Below are positions 39,891 to 53,252 of a DNA stretch of 64,000 nt, piece after piece. Source of the DNA: Camelus ferus (taxonomy: Eukaryota); the NCBI RefSeq assembly GCF_009834535.1, contig NC_045697.1, forward strand, positions 67,148,001-67,212,000. The letters are read 5' to 3'. Position numbers and translations under genes: made by a program. Under the pieces are notes generated by a model. It was not told the origin of the DNA and did not search any database. It saw only the letters and a list, made by a program, of their open reading frames with translations. How positions within the stretch are numbered: the stretch's first letter is position 1; each line of letters begins with the position of its first letter.

Positions 39891-41563
39891 CAAAATGGGT
39901 GGACTAGATGAGAATTTCTTGCAATTCAAAGTTTCTAGAAAAAAGGTTCCTCACCCTTGGACTGAGCTATATGTTATAACCCATCTTGGAGATTAATAAT
40001 GCACATTATTTAATATATTAATTAATATTTCAGGGTTAATAATAATCTGTGAGCTCCTACAATAAGCAGCTTTTATTAAATACAGTGTCCCAAATTTATT
40101 TCAAGATGAAACATTTTCTTCCTTCTAGAAAATATTAGAAATCTGAACATGAACATTCCAGAGTCAAGAAAAGAACTGAAAAGCTTTTAATTTTTAAACT
40201 GTGTTGTATTCAAAATTTCTCATTATAATTCTCAATTTCAAAAATGAGTTGAGATAAATCCTAGAGAACTGAGAATGTGGAAACTCATTTTTCAATCAAA
40301 TAAAGGGTTCAACATATCATACCACTGGTAAAACAATACAAAATGTTTAATAAAATTTATCAAGTATACTCCTGACCTATGTTACTATATCAATTAAAAA
40401 CTTTGAAATCCCTGAGAAAGATTTTTTAAAAGCTTTCTTTTAGTCACCATAAAAATATCTACTCACATTTTCAGCATAATTATTTTGCTACATCTGATGG
40501 TAGTTTGTCAAAGAAATATAACCCAATGTTTATTAAAATTTTATTTTAAGCTTCCTTATCCATGGATTGATTTCATACAGACTCAGTTGATATTTCTACA
40601 TTCTTTTGCAGACATTTCAACCTTCATCCGAATTTCTAGGCCCCACCTTATAGCTGGAAAATTCCATCTTTATTTCTATTATATAAGCTATAAATTGAAG
40701 CAAAGAAAAGAAATGCTTAAATATCAGAAACAATAAGAGAAAGACATTTAATAAAAATTTGAAGATTGACATCCAGTCTTTTAAATCACTGATTCAACCA
40801 AGGCTGCTTACTAAAAATGTATATACCCTGTTACTAATTCAATTAAAAAATAATTACAATCATGTAGACTAAAGACAATTATTAGACAATTAGAGAGTTG
40901 TTAAGAGAAAAGCACATTCTTCATAATGTAAGTTTTTATGAACATTCATTTAATTTTATTCTCATTAAATTATTACACTTGATGTTAAACTAGATGGCCC
41001 TTTTAATCCAAATCATTATTTGCATAATAGTAACCAAACATGAACAACAGAAATAATATTAAAAACTAAGTATATATTAATCAACCACACTAGTATCTAA
41101 ATTGCCAGTAGTTTCTAAGTACCTATAATCAGAATATTCCAAAAGAAGAGTATGCTTTCATTTCATGTCTGTAATTACAGTACTCTGTTAAACAGATTGT
41201 TTTTCACCTATGAAATACTTGATTGACTCTTCCGAGACAAAAAAAACCAATTTGAATTATATTTTTTTAAGGCACAACAAATTGGGAATACACCTGAAAT
41301 ACAGCAACATCAGGTTTAAGATACCAATGTCATACATAAAATATTTGCATCTTTCTAAAAGGAAAATTCCTTTCATTTTTGGTTTCCCAAATTCTCCTTG
41401 ACATGTTTCACTGCAAAAATTTTAACCTAGATAAAAGAAAGCTTTAATAGACATATATTTATTAAAAATCATAACGATCCTACTTATCCACTTATAAATA
41501 CTTTGTTATCAATGTTCATCTTTTAAAAGGTGGGTTAGTTTTATTTTCCTATTTCATTGAAAC

Positions 41564-41582
41564 AGGCCACTAGAGGGCAAGC
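41564..41582 (+). promoter_or_regulatory. CTCF-binding motif
   Basis: AGGCCACTAGAGGGCAAGC matches the CTCF core CCACYAGRKGGC and stands out as a GC-rich word in very AT-rich flanks. Confidence 0.65.
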
Positions 41583-41654
41583 AATACTCTGATCTCAGTT
41601 ATAAATAAGTAAATGAATATAGCTTCTTAAAATAACTAGTTATACTTAATGCTC

Positions 41655-41775
41655 ATTCTTTCTTTCTTTCCTTCCTTTATTCTTTCATTCAACAACTATT
41701 TGCTCAGAGTTTACATGTGCCAGGTGCTGGGATTCTAGAATTAAAGAGATCAAATAAGTCTCCCTCTCTCCTTGG
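41655..41775 (-). mobile_element. L2 3' end
   Basis: tcattcaacaactattt...atgtgccaggtgctggg. Confidence 0.6.
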
Positions 41776-43129
41776 GTCTCTCTCTCTCTATATATACATA
41801 TGCACATATATTTGAAAAATGGCTTTAATATACTCCTTCAGTGTTTTCTAGCCCTTCATAGTTCTTACTTTCAACATTTTGTCATAAATAGAGTGTGCTA
41901 CAGCAAAATCAGAGCTCCAACTTAGCAGACAAGTTGTAGTAGAGTAACTTGGATGTTGCCAATACTGAAAACCAAAGAGCAGCTTTTGGTATCAAGTTTA
42001 CTGATAAATAAAAACTATAGCCCATAGAATGTTCTAAAACTCTATCCAAAATTTGCCTCAGCATTTTCCTAATTCAGTTTGGCCCTTCTTTATTAGTGGT
42101 CCAGAAAGAAAAATTGATACACAGAGAGAAAAGAAGTTGAGCTGTCCTCAGAGACAACTGAAGGTTTCCTTAGGTCTCCACTCGCCAATGCCCTGAAAGA
42201 TGGGTAAAATGATTTCATAATTTCTCTTGAATACTAAAGGATGCTGATACCTGAGGGATACTGGTCCAGAAAGACAGAAAGAGTGTCTGGGAACCTTTTC
42301 AATGATACGGAAGTTAATGGTTTTGTGATTGACCCAAGATAAAGTCCTTAAAACCCTTGATAGCTGCAAGGCAGACAGTGCCACTGCTGATGTTGTCAAA
42401 TTCGCAGGAGCCAAGTGTCCCATGGTAGAAACCAAACCCAAATACCACAAAGGAGAGTTTAGTAATACTCATATATTTTTAATTGTGTTTGCATGTGCAT
42501 GTTTTATCTAACAAGAGATTGCTATTAATTCTTGTTCATCTCAGGTTCAAAGTGTTTTCTAACGTCAACACTTTCACAGCACGCTAGAATTCCAGACAAG
42601 CTCTGCCAAATGACTAAAGGAAATGGAATCTGCCTCTCTTCCACATGCCAAAAACAAGACACACAGAACTAGTATTGTTAAATGGTCAACTTAATCAAAT
42701 TACATGGGAGGAAAAATGCCCGAGATGTAGAAATTGATAGAGAAATGTTTAATTACCAGACAACAATCAATGTACATCTCTTTAGCTGGTGGTTTCTTCA
42801 CTTAAAATTCACACTGATTCATTCCTTCAGAAGATATGTATGGACCTCCTAGTTAAGCTCCATGGATACCAGATCTGCTCTCATGTCTACGTTCTAGAGA
42901 GAGAAACTGCACTTCCCCACTGAATACACAAGGTATAAAGCTAGTCAAATGATGTTTTCCTTTGAAGAGTTTCCTCTCACATGCGGGAGAAAGACATCAG
43001 GATTTAGAACTATGCCAAAGGAAAAAGGATAAAAACAGCAATATGTGCCAATGACTGCAAGGGAAGAGGTGGAAGTTTTCTTCTGAGGAGCTGAGATGGG
43101 GGGGCTGGGGGTCACGTCCTGTGCCTTGT

Positions 43130-43430
43130 CTGGAAGAAGATGTGAGGGAAGAAGATTGCTTTACCAAGTTTAACTCATTTTGGAAGAAATTTGAAGGATA
43201 AGAGAAGAATATTTGTTAGACAAGGAGGAAGCAGTGTGCCAGGTACTGGGCACCAAATGGCAATGCAAGTAGAATACCGAAATAAAAATGGGGCTGGAAA
43301 AGGGGGCAGGAGGCAGGACCAGAATGTGAAGGAGCTAGCATGCCCCATGACTACAGGGAATCATGTCTTCATTTTGTTGGTGATAAGGAACCATTTTAAG
43401 ATTTTAGGCAGAGAGTCAAACTTGACGAGG
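43130..43430 (-). mobile_element. L2 fragment
   Basis: tttgaaggataagagaaga...ggtgataaggaaccattttaagattttaggcag. Confidence 0.5.
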
Positions 43431-44269
43431 GAACACATGAAACATATGATAAAATGTAAAAAAAAAAGTATGAAAAAATAATTACTTTTGCATTTCACAT
43501 GCACAAAAATTTACCCTGATGAAAATATGAAAAATAGATTGGAATCAAGCAGTTCTTCCTACGCTTACAAATCAGGACATTAACAGAGAAGCTGGATAGA
43601 CTACTTTCAACCAAGCATGGAGAATTTCTCATTCACAGCTAGCAACTGTCTAATCTTCCTCCCCTAGAACAACGTAGAGAGGGAAACTGGGCATGGTTCT
43701 GAAGAGTCCAGGTATAAAATAAGGCAATGAGAGACTTCACCTTTCATCCTCAAAATCCTCTGAAATTCAAGTCACCCAAGGAGGAAACTTTCATATAAAT
43801 AACTGAGTGGTTTAAGTACATTTAAATTGGTATCTGCTTACACGTAAAATTAAACCTCCTAGATTTTACCATTTCTCACATTTCAACAGGGTTTAAAGTT
43901 TCTCTACCTGAAATTATATTTGTTTTGTTAATCACTATGATAAGTTAGATTTTCAACTTTTTCATGGCAGGTTCATAGAAAATTGCTCAGGTACTTGCCC
44001 CTACTACTTAAAAGCAATTCTGTTTTTGTTCTTAAACATTAGGTTAACTGGTAAGAAATTAGAACAAAAACTACCTTTTCAAGTAATAAAAAATCATTTC
44101 TCAGAAGTGCTGACCCAGAAGTAGAGTCAGTATTTTTAAAGACGTAAAAATTGTTCGCAAATTCATTAATTTCCCTTATAGATGCTGTGTATATGTGCTT
44201 TACTCCCTGGCAAAGGTGTCCCTCTGGAAAAAAATAAAAGAGCGTATTTTCCTGATAGAGGGTAGTATC

Positions 44270-44640
44270 ATGCCTCCACAAGTGGTTTGACAAACCGAGT
44301 TCTTGTCATGGTGCTAAATATGTAAATCACACTGAATGACCGAGACTAAAAGCAAAGTGACAGTTGATTGTGACTGCCATTAACCATGGATCACATCGCG
44401 GCATGTAATGCAATTATATGGCAGGAAACAACTAATGTGGGCTGCTCTGGTGGGAGAAAGGCGAAAATATTGAATTTTTCTTTGTAATCTATTTACATCT
44501 TGCAATGGGGGCATTAGTCAGATTAAGGATCAGAATGCCAGGCGCACACAGGCCCGGTGTGCTAAGTGGTGCCTCCATTCATAATGTGATAAGAAGATAA
44601 TGGTTAGACAAATACATTAGGACCCCACTGAGTCAGGGGA
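44270..44640. promoter_or_regulatory. Candidate conserved non-coding element/enhancer
   Basis: Non-repeat and high-complexity, with several retained CpGs. Contains TGACAG (MEIS-type), TAAT/ATTA cores, paired GATAA sites (about 44588-44600) and AP-1 TGAGTCA (about 44628-44634). Confidence 0.4.
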
Positions 44641-45544
44641 CAATTTTCTCACAGAAACTTCTTTTTCTTTAACACCACTTCACCTCTGGGTACAGACTGA
44701 AATCTTTTCAAAATATAAAGATCTGCCAGCATTACTACGTATTAAATCAACTTTTCTTTTTCCTTCATAAGCATATACGTTACGTCGAAATTTCAGCAGT
44801 AATTCATATTAATTTCCTCACAGAGTTCAAGCTTATTATATATTATCAAGACGCATGAACCAAAGAGTACTGAAATATTCATCTCCTCAATCATTTTATT
44901 TCTATAGCTGATGCACTAGATCACACCAAGTTTAAGAGAGAAACAGGCGATGTGGGAGGCAGAATAAGGCAAGAGCTTTAGAACAGCTTGGCAAATCCCT
45001 TTCGAATATTCTGGGAGTTTGAAAATTCAAACCTCAGTGTGTTTTTCTTGGATGCTCAGGTAGTCCAATCATCCTGACAAACCTCTTAACTTGTTTCTCC
45101 AAATAGCTTTCTGAGATCAGCCAGTTTTGCCAGTCCCAGTACCATTTTTCTCATTTTTCCATGGTCTTTCACCAGAAGTTATTTATACAAGTTCAAAAAT
45201 TACACTGTTCAAGAATTATAGATAGCATATAATAACTCAAGATCAAATCTGTTATAGATGAATTAGTTTTTTAGCTAAGGAGTAACTCAACTAACAAAAT
45301 ATGCATTTATATTTAAACAACTATAAACAGTTTGTGTATCTAAAATTTTTTTTAAAAGAGAAAAAATTTATTTGCCAAATTAAGTACAAACACAAAATAA
45401 ATCTGGACTTTAAAAAATACGTGCGTGACCTTAGTGTGCTTTGACTAATTTACAGAACTTTATAGTAGTTCCATTGGTCCTTGTGGTGGACTGGAATTCT
45501 CTTTATGCTGGGTTGATTCTTAGGACTCTGGTAGGGGTTAAATA

Positions 45545-45812
45545 ACCTCCTCTGAACAGCCTTCCTTAGAAATCTACTAGTTATCATATGTTTCTATAAT
45601 TTAGTGCACCTTTCCTTCAAGACACTCATCACAATTGCAATTAAGTAATTTTTTACATCACTCTTCCCTGTTTATCTCTTACACTAGCTTGCGTTCCATG
45701 AAGGCAGGAAACATGGATCAGTTTTATTTACTTGAATCTTTAGATACAAGAAAAGTACTAGGCAAACAGCAGAGATTCAATAAATATTTATCAAATGAAT
45801 AAAACATGAATG
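45545..45812 (+). mobile_element. L2 3' end
   Basis: cactcatcacaattg...gttccatgaaggcagg...ttcaataaatatttatcaaatgaata. Confidence 0.75.
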
Positions 45813-46154
45813 GTAATCAACTCCTTGATATTTCCCCCATTTTAATAATATACTATTTAAAAATACATCTAATTTCTTGTTTCTGAAGCAAGTAATTCTT
45901 ACACATAGCCCGTATGTAAAAGTCCATTTCTTCCAATTTCTTGAGGCATTCCTCAGTTTGTATAGAAAAACTAGAGAACTATTTATACACAGATGACAAG
46001 AATGAAGTCAGTTGCTTTACACAAGTAATATGGAAAACTAAGGATAATTTTAAAATAGCATCAAAAATATCCCCCTTATGCAATATATCTACCACTGGTA
46101 TACATGCAATTAATTTACTAATTGTAATCTAATTCCTGATTATAGTAATTCATA

Positions 46155-46335
46155 GAACATGCTGCTTTCTCATGTTTTCTCAATAAATTATCACAAAGGT
46201 CTTAGGGTGAGGTGTTACGGTTTTTGTTTTACAGATGGACAAACTGAGGCTCAGAATATTAAGGACCTGCCCAAATTTAAACAGCTGGTAAGTGACAATG
46301 ACAGAATGAAATCTGCACAGTTTTATATTCTGATT
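46155..46335 (-). mobile_element. MIR SINE
   Basis: ttttacagatggacaaactgaggctcaga...cctgcccaaa...acagctggtaagtgac. Confidence 0.85.
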
Positions 46336-47904
46336 GAAATTCCAATGACAGAATTTAAAAAGTATTCCAAAGTTTGACCTTAAAATCACGTATTTGTGCT
46401 TAGCTCCTTAGGCTTTCCTCAGTGAGCCGAAGTTTTAGTTAGCTGAATAAAATGGATAATTCAAAGCATCTAAAATTTTTCTTTATGATAATAGAGAAAG
46501 AAATTAATGTTAAGCATGAATAATGCAGTAAGTAGCTCTAATCATTTAGTATGCATAACCAATAATCAACAGATGTTCAACATAGATCTAAAGGGAAAAA
46601 CACCTTACGTGTCTAATAGGATTTTTTACAAAACAATGTACCCTAAAACAAAGGTCATAATAAAAACAAAATAATAAATTTCAGCAATTCTTATGCTTTT
46701 AGAGATCACATTTTCCCATTCTAGGGGTGTATGGTGGCTTCAGCCAAGTGCAACTTGGCAGTCTAAAATGTATATAGATGTTGCAAAATTTTTATAAATA
46801 TTAACCAGTCTTTAAATGATGTGGCATTGTGCATGTATACATATATTAATTCTAGAAGTGAATGTATGTATGCACAGTTGAATTTTTTATTACAACTTAT
46901 AAACTGTGCCTACATAGGACAACTTAAGTAACTCTATGTGCTTTTTTGGTCTGGATCAGCTATGCAGAAAAAAATCTTCATTATTTTTTCCTTAATACTA
47001 GAGCAATAATGTTTACCTATATACTCAAACCTAATCTTTAAAAATAATCAAGTGATAGATAATCATTTTATCTGGATTAAAATAAAATGTAATTAAAATT
47101 AGAAATATTTGATACTTGACTAAAATATGATATCTCAAATTGACCCCAAAATACATCTCCTCACAGAAAATTCTTGAATGTAAATTCTGGACTGGTGGTT
47201 CTAAATGTTAAGAAAATGAAAATAGTCTTGACTAGGACAGAAGATTCTACGGTTTGGAATAGCCTTTATTAATTCAACCAAAACGAGTCAGAATTGACTA
47301 TTCGATGAAGAGTAAAAACACACATAACCTGTAGTTTTAGTGAAACTGTTGGAGATTGGGCCAATTTTTCAGATTAGGAAGATTAAATGCATTCTTTTTC
47401 AAGACTGTTAGCTAGTGGACAGTTAAAGTTTGAGGACAAGTGTGTGTGAACACCGGATGGTGGTCAGCTGCCCTGGGCAGAGTGGGCATGTGACCCTTTG
47501 CAGCGGAGGGAGTGATGGATTTGCAAAATCTCCCACTGCTCCCAAAGCCTTCCCAAGCACTGCCTCTAAGTCCACAGTCCTTGTAATCAAAGTAACATGC
47601 TCACCAGCCTGGATAATCATTGCTACATCAATGTCTGCATCTGGTGTTTATCTCTTGGATCGCCAAGCAACAGAAGGCTTCATTTCAACCATGCATTTTA
47701 AAATCTCTTCTTGGAATGACACTTCCTGTGTGCCCTGAAGGACCTACAGTGAGTGCCAAGATACTGTGTTTCCCATGGCACATGCACATGGAGAGCACGA
47801 GGAAAAGAGAACTGAAGTCCTCAGCAGAGGCGTTTACGGGCAGCAAGAAGTAATGGAAGAGCAGAAGGGGAAGGATGTGCATGTAGCTCAGTCACCCACT
47901 GACT

Positions 47905-48020
47905 GGTGTCCTGTAAATTGGGGGATAATACCTACTTTTCCTTACTCAGTGATTAATTATGAAGGTTAAATGTAATAACAAACTGCTTTATAAATTGTGA
48001 AGCTAGATACAAACAACTAA
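47905..48020 (+). mobile_element. MIR 3' fragment
   Basis: ctgtaaattggggataatacctac...tgaaggttaaatg...tgctttataaattgtgaag. Confidence 0.65.
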
Positions 48021-50374
48021 TAATGACAAAGATATTAAAGTGTTGTTCAAATGCAAGATACTAGTATATTATTCCCTAAATCCAACTCAGAAAATTCTTG
48101 CTTCCTCCAAAAACAATTCTTACTTCTTTGAAAGGTGCACCTTCCTCATTTTGCTGATTTATGTTTTCATCTACGAATTCGGGGTTTCTAAGCCCCAATG
48201 ACCTGATATCAGAGTCACTTACTACAGGTAAATATATGTCTACCTGAGATAGGGGGCCAAGCACACACAATAAAAAGGAAAAATAGGGTATTCCAGCTAT
48301 ATCAGAAACATATACACACTCCCTGAAAACTGAAACAACACAGAAACTTGAAACAAAACAAAAAATGATAACCGTGGTAAAATGCTCCTAAAAATATGAT
48401 AAAGACAATTTCGAAAATTGAACTACTAACTCAATACCACAAAGATATACTCTTCAGGGTGGGATTATGCTATTATCTGTTCCTGTACTGGAGAAGAAAA
48501 ATGTTTTATGATCATGCAAATTTAGAACTGAGGCACAGTATAAAAAAAGGATACCATTAAGAAGAAACATCTGGTCATTTTGGTATGATCACACTTCTGT
48601 TACAGAGTGCAAATACATTCTTTATAAGACTGTGCCATTGATTACATTCTCTGCATTTTAACACTGTTTCTAAACATACTGTAAATTATGTTAAGTAACC
48701 CACTGAGTCTCTGATTTCGCTTTTTTTTTCCTTAAGCCGAAAGATGTTTGCTCCAAAAAAGAAAAAACCAGTAGACAAATCACATTTATAAACTCGGCAA
48801 GTGACATGAGTGACGTTAAAACATCTGGGAGATGTTAGAGACTGCATTAACTCTAATCATGGATCACATTACGGCAGAGCTTTTTTTTTCTTAATGAGGA
48901 GAAAAGACAGATAGCGAATGTGTTACTCAACATAACCCTGAAGTCCTCATCCAAGAACTGATAAAGCCCTAGAAGGCCTGGCCCCACCAAATTTCCAGAA
49001 CTAAGGCCACACAATCTCCTTTATGTTTGGCCCGTGTGTCACTGGTGAGGGTGTCTGCAAAACCAATGTCCATTTTCTCACTGCAAATAAATCACAGGAT
49101 ACCCAGCACCCAATATTTACATTGAGCAAGAAGATGATCTCTGTTCCCTTTCTTCAAGCAACACTTCATTTATCTGTTAACTGACTAACCGAAAGAAGGG
49201 CTCACTTCAGACAAGACTCCATATACAATGATAAGATTTTAAACTCTGTAAACTATCATATACACAGGAAAACCCGAGTTAGTAATTATGCCACAAGATA
49301 TAGTTAAAAAACTTTTAAATATTGACTTTAAATATGCGTGTTTATAGAGAAAACTATGTGAAGAGCCAAAGTCAGATACAAAAATAGGGAGGGAGGACTA
49401 GGAAATTAACTACAACTGCAGTAGCTCACCTTGGAAGAACGTTCTTGTTTTCAACATGCAGAAGAGCAACCATCTCACTTTAAAAAGCGCTTTTCAGCCA
49501 TTTAGTCTTTAGGAATTATATTTTTATTTCATTTATAATAAAATGATCAAATAATATCTATTTTGTGTACAGTTTACTTGGTGACTGAGTTTAAAGAATA
49601 ATTAAATAAAATATGACTATCCCTTTGATGAAAAGATTGTTTTCCTAAGATATAAGTCCTTATAAATAGGCATGTAATTTTCTTAAAGGAGGCTTGGTTT
49701 AGGCTCTAATGAGAAGTATAACTCAATATTTAAGTTTGCCACACACACACAAAATATATATTGCCTTGGGTGTCTCAGTAGCAAAGAATTAGAGAGATTG
49801 GTTTAGAGTATTATTTTGAAAGTGTTTGTTTATTTGAAATTCATTTTGAAGCTGAGAAAGAGAGAGAGAGAGAAATCTGACTAGAGAATCAACTCCTATT
49901 TTCTTTGGGAAATGTGGCTTCAAGGTTAAATCAACATATGGGAAACGTTGCTTCAGGACACAGAGAAAAGAGAGTTAAAGAGATTTTAATAATGATGCTT
50001 GGGTATACCGTTAAGCTGCTAGCAGCTGGTTAAGAAAAAAAAAAAACTCTAGGAGAGTGGTGACTGACACCTGAACCCACTCACAAGTGGACTGGGTGCT
50101 CGGCTCTAGAGCAAGGCCAGCAAGGGTTTGAATCCCCCAGAGAAGTGAGAATCCATTTGAAGGGAGAAACCAGAGATCTCCCTTCAGGCCATCATACCAC
50201 CCTGTCATTCCAGAATGATTAAATGATTTCTCCCCTTTATGGGCCATAAAATAGACTTAAGATTATTTCATCAACACTACAATCACCATTACATACACTC
50301 AATGACCCAAAACATTGCTTCACTTATTAATTTCGAAACTTCAACAGAAAACCAAACACAAATACACACCCCCT

Positions 50375-50377
<3 letters not shown>

Positions 50378-50421
<44 letters not shown>
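50378..50421. repeat. (AC)22 microsatellite
   Basis: Directly visible. Confidence 0.97.
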
Positions 50422-50423
<2 letters not shown>

Positions 50424-50919
50424 ACTTTCATTCTTTTTTTAAACCCCTTCCTTCTTCAAATGCTGACTAAAGCAACATTGTGACTGGAACTCACCGGAGT
50501 AAAGTACAATCAACCTACCTGCCTAATCTCCTCACAGTAAACACTTTCCTCCATCAATGAAAGTGATGGAATTAATTGTGGGAGCATTTGATAAATGCCT
50601 TAATTGTCCAGAATGCATAAGGGAACAAAAAGAGGAGACTTTTTAAAATCAATTTCCCATTTCTTAACACTGTCTGCCCTACTTACCTTCAAACCTAAAT
50701 TACAAACCTAGCTGAAGGTATTTTTGTCTTGCATATCTGCCAATGCCTGCATCTTTAATAGAAATGATTTATAAAGAGCTTTTGGAACATGCTGACTTCA
50801 TAATGAAGAAGCTCTACTCCCATAGGAGCCACTAACCCAGACATCATCAGTGCCTGGACCACAGGGAATCATATAAAACTGTTCTATTAGCAATGCCAAG
50901 ATGGGTTCTTAGCCTTTCA

Positions 50920-51050
50920 GACAAGCTGAAGGATACAGGAGTCTCTATCAACCCCCCAAAATGTTGAGATGGATCAAGAAACTGAGGCCCCCAAAGTAAA
51001 CTTTCCCAAAGTCACAGAGCCTCCCAGGCCTCTAGATACCCAACCTAGAA
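50920..51050 (-). mobile_element. MIR fragment
   Basis: aagaaactgaggccc...ttcccaaagtcacagagc. Confidence 0.6.
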
Positions 51051-52884
51051 AGAAATATCTAGATTATTTACAGATCACATCACCTTCAAATACAGAATAT
51101 GAAATATACCCATAGGTGTACTGATGCTTTGTTCTGTCATTGTTCTAAGTTACTCCAATGAATTCAAGACAAAAATATGGGAGTTATTTCAAGTAAGATT
51201 TAAACATGAGAGTAAAATTCAAGACTTATCCTTTAAATTTTTTATAATTAACTGACTCACTGTACTTGTCCAGGTTATATTAGTTACTATAACAAACTCC
51301 AAAGTCCAGAATGGTGAAAACATGATAGAAATGTACACATGAACAATATATAAATATTTGAACCTAAACAGTCATTATCTCTTTGGGTAAATGACTAAAA
51401 ATGGAACAACATGAAATTGAGATTCCTTGAATCATTGAGGAAGCTGCACTTAAAAAACTATTTTTGGAAAATAATTTAAAAGTATATGCTCCTTTTTGAT
51501 AATCTGGGTACCTTTTATTAGGTAGCCTGATAAAGCAATGATTCTCCTCTCTGTCTTGGCGCCCTAAGTAGAAACACCAATGGGGAAAATGAAGGAAAGG
51601 TACTTGGGTATGCATACATTTTCCAGAATACTTGATTAAAAATGTGGACTCTAGGACAAAATAATTGTTTATTTTCAAAAGTTCCTATTCATCTTTATAT
51701 ATTACAGAATGCAAGGGAAAACAAAATGGGTAAAATTATGTAAAAGTAAATATAATTTTCTATTTAATTTCATCATTCAATTTGGTCTTGGCATGGTGAA
51801 TGAGAAAACTGGCAGTTACAAATTATGTAATTCAACTTAATGAATATCAAACTGAAAATAAATGTCAGAAGTGTGCATTTTTTTCTAAGGAAAAAAATGA
51901 CCAAATTTCTTCCAGTAATTTATTTCTGGAATAAGTTAATATTATATACTAAATCATATTCAGTTTTCTCAGATCATCTACAAATAGTCCCTGCCTGAAC
52001 AAATGCATGTGAAAAAAGATATTACTTAAGGGTTTTATTATGGCATAGGTTATATATTTGATTTCCAGATATTAATTTATATGCAAAACAATTTTTAGAA
52101 AATACACTTTTCATAAAATAATTAAAAACCAAGAAAAGCCTCAATTGTAAGGCCAGGGACTTTAAATAATCATTTTTAAAGTGTAATGTTAATATTTCTT
52201 TCAGTAAAAACAGACAAGGCTGGATGAAAGCCATTCTGAAAGAAGGTATGAGAGTGAAAGCATCCACAGGTGTGCATGAGAGGGGAATAAGAGAGGGTGA
52301 GAGTGGCAGGGGGATAGAAAGGAGGGGAAAAGAGGAGGAGGAGGCAGAGAAAGAGATGTTCTATTAAAATTTTAACAACATCATTACCAAGAAGTTACTA
52401 ACTTGAAAAATCATCTACCAAAAAAACTATAATTTTTTTGTTTTTATTTTTGCCCATGGAGTAAAGAAAGTGTTCTGCATTTTCAATTAGTTGTTTAAGA
52501 TTCAGAGTTGAGAGTCAACCTCCAAAATCACAGTGGGTTCTGTTATCACCATTAACCTTCAGTACAAAGGGCTACTGCAATTCCCAATTCTCAGCAGAAT
52601 TCTTAAAATCACTTCAGTATTTTCATCTTAACCTCTTCTTTCTTCCTCTCTTGATAGTGGATTTATATCTATATTAGAGTCTGCAGCAGCAAAGAGCCTA
52701 TATTCCAAGCCACATGTTCTCATAATTGCTCTATTTAAAGACTGCAAAGTCTTGCATAGTTTCTAATTTTGAGCAACACCAGGGATCAGAGCAAAGCACA
52801 AGAAATTAAAGGGCCCCTCATTCATAGGCACATTTTCTAGTAAATTTCAGTGTATTTCAATAACACTGTTGGGTACTCTGATAC

Positions 52885-53252
52885 CTTCTTTATCTGGGTT
52901 CCCTCAAAGAAGAGCCCAACACAGGGATTCCTGTGCCTTTCATTCACTGAAGGATACTCTCAGGAGACATGGAGTGAGGGAGCAGCATAGGGCAGAGGAG
53001 GAACTAAGCAAAAATCTGCTCTTATCTAGAGTCAGGCTTTAGCTTTGTGGACAGGAAGCATGAATTGCCCTACAGTGTTGTTCCCACCCTGAAGAAATCT
53101 ATAAGGCAAGATAGTCCCTGGTTCAGCCAAAGACAGTTCTTCAGGGACAGGGACAGCTGTGAGCCTGTAGCCGCCAACATCACAGCAGCTGGGGGATGCG
53201 TGCACTGGGCCAGTAAAGAAGATCAGAACAAGGACCAACAGCATCCACTGTG
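52885..53252 (-). mobile_element. ERVL-class solo LTR (LTR16-like)
   Basis: tctgggttccctcaaa...cagctgtgagcc...gccaacatcacagcagctggggga...accaacagcatccact. Confidence 0.65.

Noticed and set aside
44385..44403. ATCACAT word as a miR-23-like sequence, or the element pair as snoRNAs
   Set aside because: Only the seed-length word matches. There is no long precursor hairpin and no proper C/D or H/ACA box arrangement.
47423..47969. Cluster of five overlapping ORFs
   Set aside because: Explained by locally higher GC (fewer stops). No recognisable protein or convincing splice sites; the right end runs into a MIR.
50681..50720. Perfect minus-strand donor AAG|GTAAGT
   Set aside because: No adequate upstream pyrimidine tract; isolated consensus donors are common in long introns.
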